From NCBI GenBank assembly GCA_000165425.1, contig CT868430.1, positions 248,001 to 312,000 on the forward strand: 64,000 bases of DNA. The letters run 5' to 3'. The notes under the pieces are model-generated. The model worked only from the letters and a program-made list of their open reading frames with translations, searched no databases and was not told the DNA's origin. How positions within the stretch are numbered: position 1 is the stretch's first letter; every line of letters begins with the position of its first letter. A program made the translations under genes and the position numbers. The stretch comes from Paramecium tetraurelia. Its lineage: Eukaryota. Of the stretch, positions 56,561 to 64,000 are shown piece by piece.

Positions 56561-56756
56561 TTAATATAAATCAAATAATACATTATTTTAGTGACTTATC
56601 ATACTTTAATCTTATGTTCCATCCCAGTCTGTTTTATTAAGTAATTTATTCAAGAATTTATATAGATACCATTCATAAATTCTTTGCTTTATTACATTAC
56701 TATATTATTACCCTTTGTGATAGCATAAAATAATTAATAATAAATAAATATCGTTA

Positions 56757-58701
56757 ATGATTAAATTTCAAAATCAGCCACTCAATTATGATGTTAACGG
56801 ATATCCATAGCCTAAATACCAATAGATGCCTCCAAAATAACAAAAATAAATGTCTAATTAAGGGTGCTTCCAAGAAACCTTTGGATAACAATAATATTAT
56901 GGCAGATAAATGATTCCACAATAATAGGACTCTAAAAACTATCAATAGCCTCAGTAGCACCAATAATAGCAATCACAAAATTACTAGAACTATCCTTAAA
57001 AATAATAATATCCAAATATGCAATAATAATAATAATATTAACAGTCATAATAATAATAATAACCTCAATAAAAGACAGACCCAAGGTACTAGAATGTTTA
57101 ATTCACAGCCAAAGAATTCAATCAATTATTCTATAAATAATAATAACAATAACAATAACAATAACAATAACAATAACAATAACAATAACAATAACAATAA
57201 CAATAACAATAACAATAACAATAACAATAACAATAACAATAAGCCCAATAAACTAATTAAAACAAACCAAATGAAAACCAAGAAGAAAACAAGTATGCTT
57301 AACCTTAAAAAGCCAATGGTAATGAAAGATAGATATCTACTTACTCATAAAACCAATAATAGTTACTATAATAAAAGTAAGTTGGGGCACCAGGTAGAAT
57401 GCAATCAGCAGATCCTGTCTAAGCCTAAAATAGAAATGCAGCTCCATTGACTAATATTCAGTAATTAATACAATTAATTTCTTAGAAATTAGCAAACAAC
57501 CAAAACTAGTTAATATATAAGTAATGGAGGTATTAATAAGACCTAAAATGATTACTCTTAAAGATAAGCCACACCAATGAAGGATCAAATGAAATTCATG
57601 AGTATTCATATTATTTAAAGTTTAGATCAAAAGCAAGCTCCAGAACAAATTAACCAGTAATTGATGTATTCACCTATGCCAAAGAGCCAATTGCTTAATG
57701 AAACAACGAATTTAGCAAAATTATAACAACAATAATTACAATAAAATAAGTCTCCTTAGATTTAGAAAGTTGGAGGATCTGGAATGGGTCCTGCTATTTC
57801 TTAACCTACTAATGCTTAACAAATTGTTGAAGAATTAGCCAAGGAAAAAGAAAGACATTCATTGTTGACTGCTAAATTAAAAAAATTGGAGTAAGAGAAA
57901 AAAACATATAATACTTAATTTTTGAATGAAATGGAAAGTAAAATTAAAACACTAATCTAACAAAATGACTAACTATAAAATCTGAATATGGAGTATTTAT
58001 TATTATTTAGATATTTTAGATTATTATAGAAGGCTTAGGATTAACCTTAAGGAGAAATATAAGAGCTTAATAAATAGATTTCATATAACAGCCAACAATT
58101 AGACTTCCTATAAAAATAAATTAACGAGGCCTAAAAGCAATTATCTGAGCAAATGAAAAAATATAAGGAGCTAGAATAACAATATTAGGAAAAGAATTAG
58201 GCAGAAGAACAATAAATTCAATATTTAGTTACTGATTTGGAAGAGAAAGTTCATGGTTTGATTTCTGAAAATGAACGATTAAACGCTTTAATAGCATAAT
58301 AAGATAGTAACCCAAAAAAAGAATAATTATAGCAATTAACAAATGAGAAGAATAAGCTTGTTTCTATGGTATTATTTAGTTTATATAGTAGACTCAATAA
58401 AGCCAGAAAGAAGTGTAAAATTGGAAAAGCAAATATGAATAGTTATAGCAAAAACTCTAGTCAGCAGACAAGTTCTTAGAGCCACAAGGAGAATAGGTTG
58501 AAGCACTTGAAGAGAAGATTAAATCATTGATAGAGGAAAATGATTACTTGAACACAGTAGTTTAATAATAAATTGAAAGAGAGAATCAAATAGCATTATT
58601 GGAAGAAGAGTAAACATATAATTATACCAATTAGAATGTAAAATTTAGTTGAACAAAATGACAATCTTGAAATGTTACTACAAAATAGCACTAAAAAATG
58701 A
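56757..58701 (+). CDS. Gln-rich protein with a C-terminal coiled coil containing repeated LE.K...LI.EN..L motifs
   Basis: Open code-6 frame with several short introns. Repeats MESKIKTLIQQN, LEEKVHGLISENERLN and LEEKIKSLIEENDYLN. Confidence 0.75.
57138..57242 (+). repeat. (TAACAA)16 microsatellite encoding part of a 35-Gln run
   Basis: Perfect hexamer repeat at 57144-57239, in frame with ATG56757. Confidence 0.95.
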
Positions 58702-58746
58702 TAAATATACATATATAATTATTATCATCATTTCAATCATCTAATT

Positions 58747-59190
58747 ATGAGAATCAATGATTAAAGTTTTAAGGATTCTTTATCTTTAAAGGATAAGCCT
58801 ATTTTAGACTTTTAATAAATAAATAGAATAATAATTCAAAAAAAGAAAATATATAAACACTCTAAAAAATAATTAATAATGACTTAATAAATTAATTAAC
58901 GAGAAGTTGAACTTCATGCTATTAATCCTAACTTTCTTATTTTCAACTTAGAGTCCGCTGAAGGAGCCAGCAATTCAGTTAATATACAATGCTTTTCTTG
59001 TAAAAAGATTGGATTCACAATAGTTAAAAATTAGATAGGAAAGGGAACAATTTAGGTATCGATCATACTTTTTCTTTTATTTTTCCCATTATTTTGGTTG
59101 CCTTGCTGCTTAAATAAGTGTAAAAATAAAATTCACCTATGTTCGGGTTGTAACAAAATTGTTGGATCTAAAATTTTTGAATTATGTTGA
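58747..59190 (+). CDS. LITAF-domain protein (copy 1)
   Basis: CFSC, a hydrophobic segment FLLFFPLFWLPCC, then HLCSGC. Confidence 0.88.
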
Positions 59191-59466
59191 ATCTATCTAT
59201 TTATCATTTAATATTAAAAATTCAAGGATTATAAAGTTGCTATATTCCTTAAAAAATTATTCGCCATCCAATTAAAATAAAATGCAAACACATTGAAGAT
59301 AAAAAAATGGTTCAAAATTATTCAAAAACAACCTATTATGCAAAATCTCTAATTATAAGAATAAAATATTCTCAGCTTATTGAAATAGGGATTCTATAAA
59401 ATTATATAGAATTCAGTCTTTATAATTAAAATATAATAAGGTTTGATAATTATTAAGTTTAACAAA

Positions 59467-59953
59467 ATGCAGCCTAATGTAGTAGCATATAACTATCCTG
59501 CTTAAACGGATGGTTATAATTAACCTTAAGATTAATAAGCTTATCAGCAATAGTAACCCTTAAATCAGGGTTAAGGAGTTCCGCTCGGATATCCGGTAAA
59601 TTAGTAATACGCTCCCGTTCAATAGCAATAACCATTTATCAGTATAAAATTAAATGATTTTAGATGGACCTGTTATTATATAGCCAATTATTGTATAATA
59701 AGTAAGAAGAGCAAATGCAGATGGATGTTAATTTCCTGCTGATATCAATTGCCCTTATTGTCAAAAACCTGTTCAGACATTTATTAAACATAAAAGCGGT
59801 TGTCATACTTGGCTCGCTTGTTGGTTACTGTTTCTCTTTTTTTTACCTCTCTTCTTTTTGCCATTTTGCTTTGAAGAATGTTAAGATATAATCCACTTCT
59901 GTCCAAATTGTGGGAAAAAAGTTGGAAAAAAGAAATACAAAATGTGTTGTTGA
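59467..59953 (+). CDS. LITAF-domain protein (copy 2)
   Basis: P/Q/Y-rich N-terminus, CPYC, a hydrophobic segment and HFCPNC. One 22-nt intron. Confidence 0.9.
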
Positions 59954-60225
59954 AACAATGTTTATTTATCATAAATTTATTTAAGTTTTATTTCAGTTAT
60001 AAGAGTGTCAAGTCTATTTTAGGAAGAACCTTTTTTGAAAATAGCCGAAATTAATAAAAATATGATGTTATCTATTTAATTAATTTACTATCTCTTTGAT
60101 TATCAATATAATAAGGTTGGATAGCCAAGCAAAGAAGGGAGACATCTGTAAAAAGAAATAAAAATGCAAATAGATAAGATAGTTTAATTTTGTATTTTTG
60201 ATTATATTGATTATGATATTGCTAA

Positions 60226-60575
60226 TCAGATAGTTGAATTCACTTTATTGGATTGCGCAACCAATTGTCCAATCACTTATTCCAATTCCGATTCATTAAG
60301 ATTTCCGATCAAGGCTTTCTTTTCAACACCGTATTCTTTATAGTATATAAATTGTACTGTATCTGATGAGGATGTATGGGTCAATAGATTCACACTCTCT
60401 AACAACAAATGGGAAGTGAGGGTTCGCATCCTTCCATTGCCAATAATTTTTGGATACAAGATTTCTACGTTTTGATTTTGCATGAATACCTTATGCCTTC
60501 TGATCTTCCACATGTTTAACAGAAGACGAATCTCATTTCTTTTACTGAGTTTCCTAATTATTTGTACCAAGACAT
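60226..60575 (-). CDS. NDUFA2: Mitochondrial complex I subunit NDUFA2 (B8)
   Basis: After removing two introns: KEMRFVFCQTCGRSEGIRNLVSKNY..KDANPHFPFVVREC..DPYILIRYKYGVE. Confidence 0.9.
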
Positions 60576-60596
60576 ATTATTATATTAAAAATAATA

Positions 60597-63500
60597 ATGG
60601 GAGGTGTATGTGGGCATTAGCATTAACATCATTAATTTGCGAAGTCGCCAGAAGGACTTCATAGATATGGATGCTCATTCATAAATCCTGAGCCAATGAA
60701 GTTTAATATTCTATTCGAAAATCTTCGTTTACAATATCCGACTAAGTCTTGTCATTTGAGCATTAAATTGGCTGGAGATATATTAATCGAAACGCCAAAC
60801 CATATAGATTTAGATGGTAAGCATGCTGTAAATAATTAACTAACCTTAGTGGAAGAAAATTGTGGAAACATAAATTTAAGCTAGCATAATCGAGTTACAC
60901 GAGAAGAAACTGGAATTTTACCTATTTGAAGAGAAGAATGTGATTGCAAATTTGGAGATTCCCATTTTCGATATTATAAGTGGGCCTATTCATTTTGATT
61001 ACTCAATTGGAAAAGGTAGGCTAACTTTTGATATGCAAATGGCCTAGATATTGTAGATCGATATTAATCCTATTGAAATAGATTGTAGTTATGTTGAGAG
61101 CATAAAGGACAAAGCCTACGTCTTTAACTTAAGATTAGTTACACGGAAAATGTACTTTACGTCGCCAAATTCTGATAGCTTTTATAATCCAGCATATCTG
61201 AAAGGATTTAATTCGTCCCTTAACAATTTCCTCTAAGAAATGATGTTTAGAACTACTTGGAATAGTTCCTCCGAATTACCTATTTTTAGTATTGAGTTGC
61301 CATCAAATGAATTGTATAATAGTGCATTGTAAGTTTGCATTTGGAGTATAAATAAAGAAAATGAATTTCAATCTCCTGAAATTTGCTCAATCAAGTCAAT
61401 CAAAGAAAAATGCGAAAAAGAAGTAATCATCGAATAGAATCTTTTTGCTGAGACCTTTATTGCATTGCATAAACTAACATAAGAGGATGATCAAGAGGAT
61501 TTTAAAATGCATCAGCAATTCAAAACTACTGTAACCAAAAGCCTATGGTGTAAGGGTAATAAAGTAGGTACTATTAAATGTAAGTTCAACGTAAAACTAC
61601 CCAGATTTCTTAAATAGAAATTGGTGGGCATTAGAACTGAGAATGGGTGTACGTTAGGTGTCAATATTTGTAGTTCTAAATCAGTTGCTTAGATAGCAGA
61701 AATAACTAATATCTTTTAGAAGTTATATGAATCGATGTTTAAGATGCAATCATTAAGTCACAATGATCAACAAAGAACTATACTCTAACGTCAAGCACTA
61801 ACTATTAGTTAGCAACTATTAGATGAAGTTTAAAAGGCAGACAAAGATACCAATTCTAAATTATTTTATTATAAAAACCAAGAGGACCTATTTAAAGCCT
61901 AAGAATATTTTACTAAGATTGCAGAATAAATAACTAAGTACATTGATAAATTGGATGATAATCTAAGAGAAGTTTGCTATGAGATTTTATTAGTAATAAT
62001 CACTAGAGGTGAATTTAGGTTGCATTCTTTAGGGTACTTTGAAGAATGCAAATAATTATCAAAGAAGTAATTGGAGTTAAAGAATTAAGTTAATCTCCAT
62101 TATTCGGAATTTATGCTCCAAACTTTAAATTGGGTACTTCTTAAGGTTCCTTTGAAAACTCAGTAGTAAAATGAGAGAAAGTTCACAATGAGATTTCTTG
62201 TTTTAGCATTTATAAGGATCCCTCACTTTAAGGACTAATTGTTGAAGTGTATAACTAAGTCCAATGATCCTTAATTAGTAGAGTGGAGAGGGAATGAATT
62301 TTAATTAGAGGAGTAAGATGTATTTGTTAATGAATAAGTGGCTATGATATTTGATTGGCAGACATACTTTTACAACTATCTTTCCTATCAATCATAATAC
62401 TAATTTAGCTAAAGCACGAGTGATGATTAATGGATGTAAACTTTTAGCAAAAGGAGTTTAATTTATCAGTATTTTATAATGGACTTCTGTGCTTACATAC
62501 AATATATATTGTAAAAGAACAACATCCAATGGTAGCATGTGCCAGGATACAAGTTGTTATTGAAATCCTTTCTTTGTGAATTGAAATTAAAAGAATAGTA
62601 CACAATATCGTTTTTTGATTGTGTAATGGCTGTGTCTCGGAATAACAATATAATAAACATTATCGTAATGATATTATTTAATAAAACAAAGTAAGATCCA
62701 TAATTATTATTAGATTGTATTAATCTGATTAGGTTATTTAGGTTTTTGATTTATTGAGTTTAATAATAAATTAATGTCCAGAAACATTAACAGTTTTCGA
62801 TTACCCGTTCTTTTTAAATGGGATAAGAATTGTCTTAACATAATCAGAACATGCAATAGCAATCGCTACAGTTTTGGAGTTAATTTACACTAATTTTTTG
62901 AAATTTCCGATAGAGTTCCGAAAAGCAGTGATCGATTTATTATTTGAGCCATTGAGTTTTGAGTTGTTTCTGCATTGGTCAAAGAGTGTGAGGACAGTTT
63001 TTATGAGTTTCTTGCTTTATCGGATCTGCCATCAATATAGGAACAATAAGATTTCAGTTATGGATGAAGAATTATTCGAGTAGCAGTATTTGATAGCATC
63101 GAAGCCGAGAAAGAATTTCAGTTTTTATGAGAACCGGAAGGAGGAGAAATAATTGATTGTATTAATCTCTAAATAATATCTAGGCAGATTACATTTACTT
63201 AAAATACACAAGATTTATGATGAATATAGAGTAGGTCAAGATTCAATTGAAATAGTTTCAGATTCATTAAGATCTAAGTGTTCTATAGAATCTGAAGGAG
63301 AAACTGGCTCAGAAGAATCAGTATCATTAGGGGAGTCAGAATATAATTATTTAGGAGTAGAAATAGGATGATAAGGAAGAAATTCCGTCGGAGAAATAGA
63401 TGGTTTTTGAGAGAAGAAATGAATATAGAAATCCTACTAGAAAAAGAACTATCATCTTGTCAGATAACAAGTATAAATATTTTGAAAGTGGCCTTAAATG

Positions 63501-63664
63501 AGTTTTCGGAATTGACTAAACAATATACGAAATGGAGACAACAATCACTGAACAATGGAGACCAGATGAGTCCGGAAGAGAAAACCTAAGCGTATATGAA
63601 CTTTTAGGTTCCACAAATTAAGATATTGGTGCATTATGATTAGAGAGAAGGGAAGTAGGATTGA
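60597..63664 (+). CDS. Protein with an N-acylation motif, C2-like beta domains and a C-terminal DUF1765-like helical domain
   Basis: Starts MGGVCG, has a beta-rich N-terminal third, and carries LFLHWSKSVRTVFMSFLLYRI, which resembles DUF1765. Confidence 0.65.
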
Positions 63665-63717
63665 TATATTAACTATTTATGCTCTTGATTTAAAGATTTA
63701 ATTTAAATAAATTAATT

Positions 63718-64000
63718 ATGATACGAGGGTACACATCCGTATTGAGAAAGTCACTTTGGTACTTGCCATCAATGGGATTCTCAAAGAAATTGGGTATTGG
63801 AGAAGCCTCAAGTGTGTTAGAAGACAAAATTAAAAATATTTCCCAATTGGTAAGGAAATATAGTGATAATCTAGAATGACATAAAAGAATACGGTACAGT
63901 CATCTCCATTGGTGATGGTATTGCCAGAGTTTTTGGTTTGACATAAGTTTAAGCAGGAGAAATGGTTGAATTCAGTTCAGGAGTAAGAGGTATGGCTTTG
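63718..64000 (+). CDS. ATP1: Mitochondrial ATP synthase F1 alpha subunit, 5' part (continues off the window)
   Basis: A presequence followed by [38 protein letters not shown]. Confidence 0.96.

Noticed and set aside
57144..57239. Hexamer array as a possible telomeric or CRISPR repeat
   Set aside because: It is not G4T2/G3T3, has no spacers, and lies in frame within a gene.

Overview
This is AT-rich, very gene-dense eukaryotic DNA from a ciliate macronuclear chromosome, most consistent with Paramecium. The evidence is that TAA and TAG read as Gln, TGA is the only stop, GT..AG introns are tiny (20-31 nt), and intergenic spacers go down to 9 bp. The supplied standard-code ORF track therefore fragments or misreads nearly every gene. 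Retranslating by eye with genetic code 6 gives about 35 protein genes. Recognisable ones are POC1-like (partial), a protein with two chromo-like domains, FAM135/DUF676, ARL3, an ATPTT5-like ATP synthase subunit, Rab2-like, Rav1/DMXL, a NAK-kinase/ANTH/polyQ/TKL dual kinase, eEF1-gamma, 3R-Myb, a KDM6-type JmjC, chorismate synthase, glycogen phosphorylase, a mitochondrial carrier, a pectinacetylesterase/Notum enzyme, a MORN protein, UFD2, GAPDH, an ATG13-like HORMA protein, malectin, a TM RING-H2 ligase, TRM8, a thioredoxin-like protein, two LITAF genes, NDUFA2, a C2/DUF1765 protein and F1 alpha (partial). The most interesting items are the dual-kinase endocytic adaptor, the candidate ATG13, a Rab2 intron that appears to end in TG, the chromatin genes, and ~1 kb gaps that may be decayed genes. 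I saw no RNA gene, CRISPR array, telomere repeat or transposon. All family calls come from motif recognition; no search was run. Gene coordinates span introns.
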